Assembly: GCA_017507885.1 (NCBI GenBank)
Contig: JAFVZY010000024.1
Span: 2,784 to 66,783 of the forward strand
Direction: 5' to 3'
DNA from: Candidatus Methanomethylophilaceae archaeon
Lineage (GTDB): Archaea > Thermoplasmatota > Thermoplasmata > Methanomassiliicoccales > Methanomethylophilaceae
DNA length: 64,000 bases
Within the stretch, counting starts at the first letter, position 1. Every line of letters begins with the position of its first letter. Shown here one piece after another: positions 21,427 through 31,155 of this stretch. The notes below the pieces were generated by a model, which saw only the letters and a program-made list of their open reading frames with translations, had not been told where the DNA came from and searched no databases. The position numbers and the translations under genes are program-made.

Positions 21427-22203
21427 TCAGACCCTGTTTCCGGACCTCTTTCTCGCGAAGACGAGATATCCTGTGTGCCCGAGCATGTCGAAGGACGGTC
21501 TGACCCCTCCGGGGTGGACCTCCATCGCCCTCTGCATGTTCTCCATGGCCTGCACAGAGGCGTAACCCCTGTCGCGCAATGCACGGACGGTGCTGTCCAA
21601 CTGATTGGCGTTGGGGATGTAGGCGCATATCCTGCCTCCGGAACGGAGATGGGGCTCCAGATTGTCCAATGCGAGCCACGGGTCCGGCATGTCCATGGTG
21701 AGTACGTCGTATCCGTCGTCAGGGACATCCATCTCCCTGGCGTCCCCGATCGAATAGGACCAGTACCTGTCCAATCCGGCACGTGCCACGTTCTTGCCAG
21801 CACGGACGGCGTTCTCCTCCTTGAGTTCGAGGGTGTGGACCCTTCCCTCGGACGCCACCGCATGGAGAAGCGCCGTGGTCAATCCGCCGGAACCAGCACC
21901 GACCTCGAGTACCCTGTCACCGCACTTCACATCGCAATGCAGCAGGATGGTGGCGGCGTCCTTGGGTATGATGACCTGTGCACCTCTGTCGAGGGATGTC
22001 ATGAGTTCGACGACACCGGGACGGAATATCGTGTACTCCCTGCCTACGATGGACACCACGTCACCCTCTTCGAGGTCCTTGAAGCGGGAGCCGTCGATAG
22101 CCCCCATGGAGGGGACCTTGATCATGCCGTACGAGATCCTGAACCAGATTCTCTTTCCGTTGCCGTCCTCGAGATAGACGGTCTCGTTCTCCTGGAATGC
22201 CAT
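21427..22203 (-). CDS. trmI: tRNA (adenine-N1)-methyltransferase (m1A57/58)
   Basis: RGAQVIIPKDAA, VLEVGAGSGGLT, DMPDPW, GHTGYLVFARK. Confidence 0.93.
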   Translation of the reverse strand: MAFQENETVYLEDGNGKRIWFRISYGMIKVPSMGAIDGSRFKDLEEGDVVSIVGREYTIFRPGVVELMTSLDRGAQVIIPKDAATILLHCDVKCGDRVLEVGAGSGGLTTALLHAVASEGRVHTLELKEENAVRAGKNVARAGLDRYWSYSIGDAREMDVPDDGYDVLTMDMPDPWLALDNLEPHLRSGGRICAYIPNANQLDSTVRALRDRGYASVQAMENMQRAMEVHPGGVRPSFDMLGHTGYLVFARKRSGNRV

Positions 22204-22305
22204 GACCGTCCGTAAGTGGGGCGGTGTTATAATGATTGGCGGAGGGCGGGCGGAGGGCCCGCCCAGATGGAAGGATGGGTGGGCCGTGGAACGACCCGGG
22301 CCCGT

Positions 22306-23709
22306 TTACATCGTGTGTGCGGCGTAGGCCTGCTTCTCGGTGGGTTCGCCACAGATTATGCACCTGCCCTTGAACGGGACGGGCACATAGGGGACTCCCA
22401 GGATCTTGAAATCATAGGTGTCCTCGAACCTGTGTCCGCACTCCTCGCATCCGCACCATCCGAACCTGAGGATCTTGTCCTGGGGGATGTCCTCGAGGGT
22501 CTCGATGTCCTGGTAACGGGATTCCTGGACCTCCTGTGCGCGTGCGAGCATGTCCTCAGAGATGACGTCGAGGAGCATCCTGACACCGGGTACGACATCG
22601 GCGGCGGAGATGGTCCCCTTCTCGCCGTTGTCCCTTCTGGCGAATGCGACGACACCGTTCTCGATGTCGCGTCCGCCGAGTTCGAGCCTGAGGGGGACGC
22701 CCTTGATCTCCCAGTCGTAGTACTTGCTGCCGGGGCGGTCGTCACGGTCATCGAGCTTGACACGGATGCCGCCTGCGACGAGTGCGGACTCGAGGGCCTT
22801 GCATGCCGCAAGGACCTCCTCGGAGTTCTTCTTGGAGAAGATGGGGATGATGACGACCTGGAAAGGTGCGATTCCCGGGGGCATGACCAGTCCCTTGTCG
22901 TCGCCGTGCACGCCGATCAATGCTCCGACGAGCCTCTCGCTCATTCCGAAGGTGGTCTGATGGACATGCTTGTGCTCGCCGTTCTCGTCCTCGTAGGTAA
23001 TGTCGTAGGGGACGGAGAAATTGGTGCGGTAGTGATGGATCGAACCCATCTGCAGGGTCCTTCCGTTCGGCATGGATGTGTCGATTCCCACGGTGTAGTG
23101 CGCCCCGGGGAACTTGTCCCACTCGGTACGTACGAGCAGGGTGTAGGGCAGACAGATCTTCCTGGCGATCCTCTGAAGGATCTCGACGTCCTCCTCCACC
23201 TGGCACTGCGCATCCTCCTCGGACACGTGACAGGTGTGCGACTCGAAGAAGTGGATCTCCCTGACCCTGATGAAGGGACGGGTCTGTTTGGTCTCGTAGC
23301 GGAAGGTGTTGACGATCTGATAGGTCTTCAGGGGGAGATCCTGGTGGGACCTCACCCAGAGGGAGAACATTGGGTACATCGCGGTCTCGGACGTGGGTTT
23401 GATGACGAGCCTGACGTCCAGTTCGTTGAGACCGGCGTGGGTGACCCAATAGACCTCCTCATCGAATCCCTTGATGTGGTCCTTCTCCTTGGCGAACTCG
23501 GTCTCGGGGATCATCAGGGGGAAGCACACCTCGTCGTGCGCGGTGGCGTCGAACTCCTCGCGGATGTAGGTGTCTATCTGCCTCATGATCTTCCATCCGT
23601 AGGGCGTCCAGACGTTCATTCCCTTGATGGGGTACCTCTTGTCGGAGAGGCCCGCCTTCTCGACGATGTCCAGATACCAGTCCGCGAAATTGTCCTCCTT
23701 CATGGACAT
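22306..23709 (-). CDS. proS: Prolyl-tRNA synthetase, archaeal type
   Basis: FADWYLDIV, KPTSET, FRYETKQTRPFIRVRE, GMSERL; true start MSMKED at 23709. Confidence 0.97.
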   Translation of the reverse strand: MSMKEDNFADWYLDIVEKAGLSDKRYPIKGMNVWTPYGWKIMRQIDTYIREEFDATAHDEVCFPLMIPETEFAKEKDHIKGFDEEVYWVTHAGLNELDVRLVIKPTSETAMYPMFSLWVRSHQDLPLKTYQIVNTFRYETKQTRPFIRVREIHFFESHTCHVSEEDAQCQVEEDVEILQRIARKICLPYTLLVRTEWDKFPGAHYTVGIDTSMPNGRTLQMGSIHHYRTNFSVPYDITYEDENGEHKHVHQTTFGMSERLVGALIGVHGDDKGLVMPPGIAPFQVVIIPIFSKKNSEEVLAACKALESALVAGGIRVKLDDRDDRPGSKYYDWEIKGVPLRLELGGRDIENGVVAFARRDNGEKGTISAADVVPGVRMLLDVISEDMLARAQEVQESRYQDIETLEDIPQDKILRFGWCGCEECGHRFEDTYDFKILGVPYVPVPFKGRCIICGEPTEKQAYAAHTM

Positions 23710-23711
23710 GT

Positions 23712-24569
23712 TCAACCCCTCCTGATTGTGTCGGCGATGAGGTTGGCGACGGAGATGTTGGACACCTCGTTCTCCAGGGTGTTGCAACAGAGGACGGCAT
23801 CCAGGGAACTGGATGTGAGCTTCTCGATGGCGTTGTTGACGAAAACCCCGTGGGTGCATGCGACGGATACGCTTGCCGCTCCGGCCTCCCTGAGGGCGAA
23901 TGCCGCGGCGACGATGGTTCCGCCGGTGGAGATCATGTCGTCCACGATGAGGACCCTCTTGCCGGTGCAATCGAAGTGGGCGGGTGCGATACGGACCTCC
24001 GTCCCGGAGAGACGGGTCTTCTGGAGATGGTCGTGGGGCACACCGAGCCTGTCGCCGACGTCCTTGGCACGTCCTGCGGCACCGATGTCGGGCGAAAGGA
24101 CGATGTCGATCCTCCTGTCCCTGAAATAGTCTGCGATGACGGGGGCCGCCTTCAAATCCTCGTGGGGGCAGGTGAAATAGTCCAGGACGGACTCCTTGTG
24201 GATGTCGATGGTGATGACCCTGTCGCAATCCATGTCCAGATGCTTCGCCATGATCTTGGCGGAGGTGGGTTCGCCGGGTTTGAAGACCCTGTCCTGCCTG
24301 GCGTATCCGAAATAGGGGATCACGAGGGTTATGGACTTGGCACCGAGTCCGCGTACGGCATCCTGCAGAAGGAACATCTCGACCAGATTGCCGTCGGGAT
24401 AGGTGTTCTGAACGATGATCACGTCGTCCTCGAGGGACTCCGCATCGATGCGGGTGTAGCACTCCCCATCGGGGAAACGGGTGGTGGAGGCCTTTATCAA
24501 CGGACAATCCAACGCGAGGGATAGCTCCTTGGCCAGGTCCCTCGATGATGAACCGCTAACTATGAACAT
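23712..24569 (-). CDS. prs: Ribose-phosphate pyrophosphokinase
   Basis: FPDGE, PYFGYARQD, SPDIGA, IVDDMISTGGT. Confidence 0.97.
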   Translation of the reverse strand: MFIVSGSSSRDLAKELSLALDCPLIKASTTRFPDGECYTRIDAESLEDDVIIVQNTYPDGNLVEMFLLQDAVRGLGAKSITLVIPYFGYARQDRVFKPGEPTSAKIMAKHLDMDCDRVITIDIHKESVLDYFTCPHEDLKAAPVIADYFRDRRIDIVLSPDIGAAGRAKDVGDRLGVPHDHLQKTRLSGTEVRIAPAHFDCTGKRVLIVDDMISTGGTIVAAAFALREAGAASVSVACTHGVFVNNAIEKLTSSSLDAVLCCNTLENEVSNISVANLIADTIRRG

Positions 24570-24650
24570 GGTGCGACCCTATCCGTTGGACCGATTTAAT
24601 AACGACGGAGGACCGATACGGATTTAACCGCGGGCGGGATGGGAAAGCCC

Positions 24651-24953
24651 ATGACGGAAAAACTGGACGTCGTCACCGACGAGAGGATGGAGAAGTACCT
24701 CGACATCACCGCGAGAGCGCTGGCCAAGATCAGGATAGCCGCCCCCGCGAAATCATACAACAGGAGACTGGCGGACAGCTTCATGGAAATGGCCAACTGC
24801 TACTACAGCGATGCCAAACACTTCAAGGAGTGCGGGGACTACGTCACGGCCTTCGCAGCGGTGAACTACGCCCATGCATGGCTGGACTGCGGCGCCAGGA
24901 TCGGCCTCTTCGATGTCGAAGGGGACGACGTGCTGTTCACCCTTTTCGAGTGA
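24651..24953 (+). CDS. DUF357 domain protein
   Basis: YYSDAKHF...GDYVTAFAAVNYAHAWLD. Confidence 0.88.
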   Translation: MTEKLDVVTDERMEKYLDITARALAKIRIAAPAKSYNRRLADSFMEMANCYYSDAKHFKECGDYVTAFAAVNYAHAWLDCGARIGLFDVEGDDVLFTLFE

Positions 24954-25803
24954 TCTTGATCTCCCTGTTGGTGGGGGTGCATTCATACGCCCTCACATGA
25001 CCGCGTCCGAACAGGGAATACACCTCCGAACGGGATGCATCCGTGAACACGCTGTTGCCCAGCATGCACATCCCGGCCCTGAACCCGTTCACGCGGAGCC
25101 TGTCCAGGGCCCTCTTCATGGCAGGGGTCTCCAATTCGGCCCCCTCCGAGAAGTCGTTGGACACCTTGAAGAGCATGTCCAGGGACGGTTCCGCGGTGAA
25201 CTCGACTATGGCGGACTCGGACGCCTCCCTTATACGCCCCACCGCGACCGGATCGCCCAGGACGGTGGGGGTCTTGATGGCGGAACCGATCGTGAACACG
25301 GTGAGCGGATCACTGGACGAGAACAGGTGCTCCACCCTCCCGTATGGCGGCAGACCCGGGATGGTCCTCACCGGGAATCTCGAACCGCCCACTATCGCCG
25401 GGACGTCGCCGAGACCCCCTCCCGCCTTCACCTCCGCCACATGGGCGGCTTCGAACGCCTGTTGACGGGTCTTGCCCTCGATGTGCGCGATGCACACCGC
25501 GGCCGCCACCGCCCCTGCGGCACTCATGCCGAACCCCTGACTCACGGGGAGGTCGTTCTCTATCGTAATGTCGTACCCCCTGGCGGGGGAGAGCAGCTCC
25601 ACCATCAGACGGGTGACCTCCGCGATGGAAACGCTGCCGTCTATGGTTATGTTGACCTCCCTGTCGTAACGGGGCTCCACCGTGACGTTCGCACCCAGAT
25701 TCAGACGGATGCCCATCCCGCGCGACCCCGTGGCCAACGGATTCAGGGATGACAACGGTTGGAACACGCAGGATACGTGTCCCGGACAGAACGCCTTCGT
25801 CAT
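24937..25803 (-). CDS. Pantoate kinase (GHMP family)
   Basis: AFCPGHVS, GSRGMG, LPVSQGFGMSAA, AHVAEV..GGGLGDV; adjacent to coaBC. Confidence 0.9.
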   Translation of the reverse strand: MTKAFCPGHVSCVFQPLSSLNPLATGSRGMGIRLNLGANVTVEPRYDREVNITIDGSVSIAEVTRLMVELLSPARGYDITIENDLPVSQGFGMSAAGAVAAAVCIAHIEGKTRQQAFEAAHVAEVKAGGGLGDVPAIVGGSRFPVRTIPGLPPYGRVEHLFSSSDPLTVFTIGSAIKTPTVLGDPVAVGRIREASESAIVEFTAEPSLDMLFKVSNDFSEGAELETPAMKRALDRLRVNGFRAGMCMLGNSVFTDASRSEVYSLFGRGHVRAYECTPTNREIKITRKG

Positions 25804-26987
25804 AGGGAACCCTTCAGAACATCGAGGATGTCGTCGGCCACCGCCCTCTTCCCTCCACGGGACCTTCTGACGCCGTCGCGGGTGACTATGCAGACACTGG
25901 ACTCCGGGGCCCCTGCACACGACACGTCGTTGGCGACCACCGCATACAGCCCGTACGAATCCATGCGGGAACGGGCGCGGTCGCACAGATCCTGCTCCGA
26001 CAACCCGGATTCGGCCTTGAAACCGACGACCACGGGGCAACGCTCAGCGATCAGGGGCAGCATCTTGGGGACCGGTTCCATCCTGAGTTCCAAAGCGGAA
26101 TCGCTGGATATCTTCCCGGACACGGGCTCCGGCGCGAAATCGGACAGTGCGGCCGGAACCAGGACCGCATCATGGTCTATGCGGGGGATCATGGCCTCGA
26201 GATCCGAAACGGATCCGAACCTGACTGTCCTGATGTAATCCGGAATCTGGACGGAGCATCCCCCCATCCATAGTTCTACATCCGCACCCTGCTGGAACGC
26301 CCTGAGGGCGAGGGACACCGCCATCTCCCCGGATGAACGGTTTGTCACGACCCTCATGTCGTCGATCGGCTCCTCCCCACGACCTCCGATGACCAGTATC
26401 CTGCGACCTTTCAACGGGCTGTCGCTGACGATCGCAAGGGTGCGGGACACGACCTCGTCACGGGTGGCCACCTTGGCACGGACGCCGTCGGTGCGGGGAC
26501 CTATGAACTCCACCCCCCAGGATTTCAGGCGGGCGATGTTCTCCGCCACCGCGGGATTCCTGTACATGGACTCATGCATGGCAGGTGCCACGGCCACGAG
26601 GACGTCGGCACCCAGTGCCACGGTGGCCATGGATGTGACGGTGGTGTCGTCTATGCCATTGGCGATCTTTGATACGGTGTTGGCCGTGGCCGGATAGATC
26701 AGAAGGAGTGCCGCATCCCCGGGATGACCGACGAAATCCACGTGTTCGGTGCCGCCCGTCAACTCGAGGACGGGATAGGTTCCGCAGGCGAATTCCATGG
26801 CATCGGGCGCGACGAGTCTGGAGGCCGCAGGGGTCATGGCGACCTTCACCGTGGCCCCGTATCTGATGAGTTCCCTTATCGTGTAGAAACATTCGGTGGC
26901 CGCAATGCTGCCCGTGATGCCCATGACGATCGTCTTTCCGACGAGGTCGTCGCCCTTCTCGCAGTAGACCTCCTCCGACGGATGCAT
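25800..26987 (-). CDS. coaBC: Phosphopantothenoylcysteine decarboxylase/ligase
   Basis: GITGSIAA, PATANTVSKIANGIDD, PAMHESMY, EPIDDMRVVTNRSSG, VGFKAE. Confidence 0.95.
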   Translation of the reverse strand: MHPSEEVYCEKGDDLVGKTIVMGITGSIAATECFYTIRELIRYGATVKVAMTPAASRLVAPDAMEFACGTYPVLELTGGTEHVDFVGHPGDAALLLIYPATANTVSKIANGIDDTTVTSMATVALGADVLVAVAPAMHESMYRNPAVAENIARLKSWGVEFIGPRTDGVRAKVATRDEVVSRTLAIVSDSPLKGRRILVIGGRGEEPIDDMRVVTNRSSGEMAVSLALRAFQQGADVELWMGGCSVQIPDYIRTVRFGSVSDLEAMIPRIDHDAVLVPAALSDFAPEPVSGKISSDSALELRMEPVPKMLPLIAERCPVVVGFKAESGLSEQDLCDRARSRMDSYGLYAVVANDVSCAGAPESSVCIVTRDGVRRSRGGKRAVADDILDVLKGSL

Positions 26988-27586
26988 CAGAGCACCCCCC
27001 TTATGATCGACGCGACCTCCTCGTACACCTCGTCGGGGGTACGGGATGCATCCACCACCCTGAATCCGAACCTTTCGGCCAGGTCCAGGTACGACGACCT
27101 CACCCTGCGGAGGAATTCGAGGTCCTCGAACTTGCTGACCTCCTCCCCGCGGGAATCCACCCTGCCCAAACCGGCTTCGGGGTCTATATCGAGGAGGATG
27201 ACCAGGTCGGGACGATCGATGAAACGCGAATTGATGGTGATGAGCCATTCCGCATCCACGGCGACACCATCCAGACCGGAGGACTGATACGCCACGGTGG
27301 ATGCGAAATACCTATCGCACAGCACGACCACCCCTTCCGAGACGGATTCCATGATCCTTTCCGTGTGATCGTTGCGGTCGGCCACGAAGAGGAGCGCCTC
27401 GGTCTCCTGGGAGATCGGGCCCGCGGCACCGGAACGGATGATGGCCCCGATTCCGCCGTGCGTGGGCTCCGCCGTGGCGACGGCGGGGATGCCACGGGCA
27501 CCCAGCGTCTCGGCGACCCTTTTGCACAGGGTGCTCTTTCCGGAACCGTCTATACCTTCGAAAACAATGAACGCTCCACTCATCAT
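26987..27586 (-). CDS. tmk: Thymidylate kinase
   Basis: FEGIDGSGKST, LFVADR, CDRYFASTVAYQ. Confidence 0.96.
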   Translation of the reverse strand: MMSGAFIVFEGIDGSGKSTLCKRVAETLGARGIPAVATAEPTHGGIGAIIRSGAAGPISQETEALLFVADRNDHTERIMESVSEGVVVLCDRYFASTVAYQSSGLDGVAVDAEWLITINSRFIDRPDLVILLDIDPEAGLGRVDSRGEEVSKFEDLEFLRRVRSSYLDLAERFGFRVVDASRTPDEVYEEVASIIRGVL

Positions 27587-27598
27587 CCCGCGGATGCG

Positions 27599-28000
27599 TC
27601 ATCCACTGATAGAGTTTTGCAAAAGTGCCATGACGGAATCGATGGATTCGACATCCTTGGCGTAAGGTCTGCACAGGAAGGCCATGTCGGACCTTATGCG
27701 GTCGTCGTAACGGACGCCCAGTGAGGACAGGTTGTCCCTGAGCGCATGTGCCAGATTGCCTCCGCGACGGTCCCAGTCGGTGAGGATCACGGCCATCCTG
27801 CCGGACCTCCAGACGTACTCCGATGCCCTCACGGGACCGCCCGAGCTCTGCACACAGTGGAATTCCCCCTCCACACCCACCGCGGTGAGCGCAGAGACGT
27901 CCTTCAGACCCTCCACCAGGATCACATGGGTCCCCCTTAGGGAATTCAGCTCCTCGATCAGGGCCTCCAGGGCCTCCAGGCGATCGGCGTCATCCAACAT
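27599..28000 (-). CDS. Small TOPRIM-domain protein
   Basis: ILVEGLKD and ILTDWDRRG TOPRIM motifs. Confidence 0.88.
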   Translation of the reverse strand: MLDDADRLEALEALIEELNSLRGTHVILVEGLKDVSALTAVGVEGEFHCVQSSGGPVRASEYVWRSGRMAVILTDWDRRGGNLAHALRDNLSSLGVRYDDRIRSDMAFLCRPYAKDVESIDSVMALLQNSISG

Positions 28001-28292
28001 TGACACCGTCCAAAATGGATAGTATCCTGTCGGGGTCCCCGGAGACCGTCACGGTCTTCTGCCTGTTCAGATGCCCGGACGTGACCTGGGAGGGCATACC
28101 GGTGATCTCGCGGAACAGCTCCTCCACCTCCTTGTTCGCCCTTCCGTCCAGCGGCGGGGCCTTTACACGGACGATCATCCTGCGTCTCCATTGGTCGTAT
28201 CCCTCCGGACCGGACCTGTTGGAACGGGGCGAGACCAGTATGTCCACCTCCAACGAACCGTTCCTGCGTCTGGAAACATCCTCGGCCTTCAT
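27990..28292 (-). CDS. DUF167 (YggU family) protein
   Basis: VSPRS, VRVKAPPLDGRANKE, SGHLNRQK. Confidence 0.88.
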   Translation of the reverse strand: MKAEDVSRRRNGSLEVDILVSPRSNRSGPEGYDQWRRRMIVRVKAPPLDGRANKEVEELFREITGMPSQVTSGHLNRQKTVTVSGDPDRILSILDGVNVG

Positions 28293-28402
28293 ACACCTCG
28301 GAGGACGGGATACATGATAACGTTTTCAGCGGACCAAAGCCGCAAAGATGAAAAAACAAGGGTCACGCCATGTTTAACTACAACTCCGCACATGACCCCG
28401 GG

Positions 28403-29305
28403 ATGAGCTCCGTCTATGAACCCATGTCATTCGAGGACCTGTCCGAACTCTACAGAGTGGAGATGAGGAGCAACGCCCTCACACAGGTCAGAAAGGACCT
28501 CTTCAGGTCCTTGGCGGATCTCATGAGCAGACTCAGGGCCGATTACGACAAACAGATGGCCATAGACCCCGAATCCGTCATGTGCGAGGGTGCCAACCAG
28601 CGCAGGAAGAAGGCGGAGAGGATCTGCAAGGACATCCTCCTGATCAGGAATCAGAAGATATGCCAGATGGCCATCAGGGGCGCAGCCGGAGCCAACAACG
28701 ATCTGGATTACCTCACCGACGAGGAACGCGACCTGTACCATACCGTGATGGAGGCGTCCCGCAGGAACATGGGTGAGATCGACAGGCTCCGTGGAAGGAA
28801 GGTCACCGTGGACACGCGCATAGACGACGTCCGTCCCCCCAGTCCCCCCGTCCAGGAGAAGCCTGTGCAGGAGGAACGCCCGGAACTCCCTCCCGAACTG
28901 TTCGATGAACCGATCGACGATTTCATGGAGGATATGTTCGACGATCCCGCGGACATTCCGGACCCCGTTCCGGAGGAACCCATACCCGAGGATTTCGAGA
29001 GGATGCAGGAAAGGGAGGAGACCCCCGGGATGACCTCCCCCATGCCCGAATCCGTCGGAACACCGGAACCGGAACCCGTGAAGAAACAGGAAGACAAACC
29101 GAAGGGACCCTTGGAACCGATAGGCAAGGCCACAGACGAGGACCTTGAACCCGTCCTGGTGAGGATTCTGGAGGACCTGCCCCCGTTCGCGGGCGCTGTC
29201 AGGGATTACGAACTCGTCAGGGAGGACCTGGTCATGCTGCCCCGCGCACTGGCCGAGGCGCTGGTCAATTCGGAAAAGGCCGTGATGATCAGGCCTACAC
29301 CCTGA
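28403..29305 (+). CDS. GINS complex subunit (Gins51 type) with long acidic/Pro-rich linker
   Basis: Helical A-domain ending LTDEERDLY; C-terminal B-domain VRILEDLPPFAG...YEL...DLVMLP...AEALV. Confidence 0.8.
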   Translation: MSSVYEPMSFEDLSELYRVEMRSNALTQVRKDLFRSLADLMSRLRADYDKQMAIDPESVMCEGANQRRKKAERICKDILLIRNQKICQMAIRGAAGANNDLDYLTDEERDLYHTVMEASRRNMGEIDRLRGRKVTVDTRIDDVRPPSPPVQEKPVQEERPELPPELFDEPIDDFMEDMFDDPADIPDPVPEEPIPEDFERMQEREETPGMTSPMPESVGTPEPEPVKKQEDKPKGPLEPIGKATDEDLEPVLVRILEDLPPFAGAVRDYELVREDLVMLPRALAEALVNSEKAVMIRPTP

Positions 29306-30047
29306 GCGTCCTGGTATCGCCCTGGAACTCGAGGCAATCTATCTTGTACCGCTTGATGCCAGTTATCTCGGAGACCGTCTCACGGGCGACGTCGGGCTCG
29401 TTGTTGGTACGACTCAGATGTGCGAGGAATATCTGCCTGCGATCGTTCATGGTGCGACGTATGGCATTGCCGCAATCCACATTCGACATGTGGCCCCTCT
29501 CGCTACCGATCAGCTTTTTCAAAGTGTACGGATAGGGACCGTTGACGAGCATGTCGTTGTCGTAGTTGGCCTCGATGACCGCTATGTCCGCCTCGGACAA
29601 TGCCTGTTCGATCTGAAAAGTGAATTTTCCCGTGTCCGTGGCCAGAAGGATCTTCCTGCCGTCGCATTCGGTGAGGAACGCATTGGGTTCCGCGGCGTTA
29701 TGGGATGTGGGCAACGGTGTGACGTGTATGCAACCGACATCGAACGATCTCCGCATGTCGTAGGGGATGTAATCCACCCTCCCGAGATTCACGTTGTTCA
29801 ACGTACCCGGGCTCCCCATGACCGGTATGTCGAGTTTTCTCGCCACAGGGCCCGCACCGGAGACGTGGTCGGAATGTTCATGTGTGAGAAGAAGGGCCTT
29901 GATGCAGGAGGGGTCGACCCCCTCCTGGTCCATCAGGGACATGATGCGGCGACAGCTTATGCCCGCATCTATCATCACGGCCTCCCCGTCCGATTCTATG
30001 ACGGCGCAGTTCCCGTCGCTTCCGCTCGCGAGTACGTGCACCTCCAT
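29295..30047 (-). CDS. Metallo-beta-lactamase fold hydrolase (YycJ/PhnP-like)
   Basis: LASGSDGN, THEHSDH, TDTG, GHMSN, AHLS. Confidence 0.9.
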   Translation of the reverse strand: MEVHVLASGSDGNCAVIESDGEAVMIDAGISCRRIMSLMDQEGVDPSCIKALLLTHEHSDHVSGAGPVARKLDIPVMGSPGTLNNVNLGRVDYIPYDMRRSFDVGCIHVTPLPTSHNAAEPNAFLTECDGRKILLATDTGKFTFQIEQALSEADIAVIEANYDNDMLVNGPYPYTLKKLIGSERGHMSNVDCGNAIRRTMNDRRQIFLAHLSRTNNEPDVARETVSEITGIKRYKIDCLEFQGDTRTLRV

Positions 30048-30053
30048 CTCGGA

Positions 30054-30539
30054 TCAGACCTTTTTCTTGTAGAGTGCGAAGATTATGTCCGCCCTGGAGA
30101 TGACTCCCAGTACGACACCCTTCTCGATGACGGGAACACGGTTCACATCCATCTCCATCATGGATTTGAGAACCTCCATGAGGGTGGCGTCGGGACCTGT
30201 GGTGAGAACGGTACGGACCATGATGTTGGAGATCTCTAGGTTGGAGATCTCCTCGGAAATGGTCTTCAACTGATCGTCCGCGAGATTGTCGGAATCCAGG
30301 GGGTTGTTGAGCATGACGGACCCCTCACGGTTCTTGTCAAGGGAAACCTGGTATCTGTAGAGCAGGTTGAGAATGTCATTCTCGCTGAGGATTCCGAGGA
30401 GATGATTCCTGTTGTCCACAACAGGGGCCCCGGAGATGTTGTCAACTGCAAACTTTATTGCGGCCTTCTTCACGGTATCCGTGGGCTGCAGAGTGACCAC
30501 ATCGGTGGTCATCAAATCCCTGACTTTCAATTTGGGCAT
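30054..30539 (-). CDS. CBS-domain pair protein
   Basis: VRDLMT, ISGAPVVD..LLGILSENDI, VNRVPV..VLGVISRADI. Confidence 0.9.
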   Translation of the reverse strand: MPKLKVRDLMTTDVVTLQPTDTVKKAAIKFAVDNISGAPVVDNRNHLLGILSENDILNLLYRYQVSLDKNREGSVMLNNPLDSDNLADDQLKTISEEISNLEISNIMVRTVLTTGPDATLMEVLKSMMEMDVNRVPVIEKGVVLGVISRADIIFALYKKKV

Positions 30540-30696
30540 CGTATCGTGTATCTTGCAGACGCTTATATTCATTGGGGTAGGTGAATCGGACTCCTGAAAA
30601 CGGCCTGAAGAACATGTTTTCGGATGCGTCCGAACGAAACCATTCATCGACTAAAAGATAGTTTTATATAATAGAAAGATATCACAGGATTTGTAC

Positions 30697-30773
30697 GGGC
30701 CTGTAGCTCAGCTAGGTAGAGCGATGGACTCTTAATCCATCGGCCAAGGGTTCGAATCCCTTCAGGCCCGCCA
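30697..30773 (+). tRNA. tRNA-Lys(CUU), CCA encoded, no intron
   Basis: Cloverleaf with anticodon loop CT-CTT-AA; TTTTATATA promoter at 30662-70. Confidence 0.97.
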
Positions 30774-30876
30774 TTTCTTGTACACTTCCATTCATTATGC
30801 GTTTTATCTCCGATTCGGTCATTCCCATGATTCTTCGCAATCGGGGCGGAGCCTTTGTCTATGTTTTGAACCTATG

Positions 30877-31121
30877 GGAATTTTGAATGGAACTTTGAAG
30901 GAATTTTGAAAGAGCGAAGAACTCAGAAAAACGAACCCGTTGACAGATATGCCGTTGGTTTGGCATTCTTTGTGATATGGCTTTGAGAACCGAACCCTTG
31001 TACGCCATGCGCTTCGATAACCATCTCAAAACGATTCCACACAACCGTTCCAGAGTCAATCCGGATGAATCGAGTGAAAAATGAAAGTGAACTTTGAATG
31101 GAACTTTAAAGGAATATTGAT
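30877..31121 (+). repeat. Two clusters of three 11-12 bp GGAAYTTTGAA(T) units, 211 bp apart
   Basis: GGAATTTTGAAT-GGAACTTTGAA-GGAATTTTGAA at 30877-30910 and TGAACTTTGAAT-GGAACTTTAAA-GGAATATTGAT at 31088-31121. Confidence 0.8.
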
Positions 31122-31155
31122 TTGTTCTTTCACGACCACCGACACAATTGATTCT

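Noticed and set aside
22306-24507. 733-aa ORF suggesting an N-terminally extended ProRS
   Set aside because: The extension is an Arg-rich alternative frame over prs; ProRS starts at 23709. The apparent extensions of truA, hypB, coaBC, pantoate kinase, ndk and the second GT4 are similar upstream run-on
30859-31059. 66-aa minus-strand ORF in the tRNA-adjacent region
   Set aside because: TTG start, no recognisable motif and it overlaps the repeats; cannot be supported as a gene
30877-31121. Possible degenerate CRISPR array
   Set aside because: Units are 11-12 bp in tandem without unique spacers, and there are no cas genes
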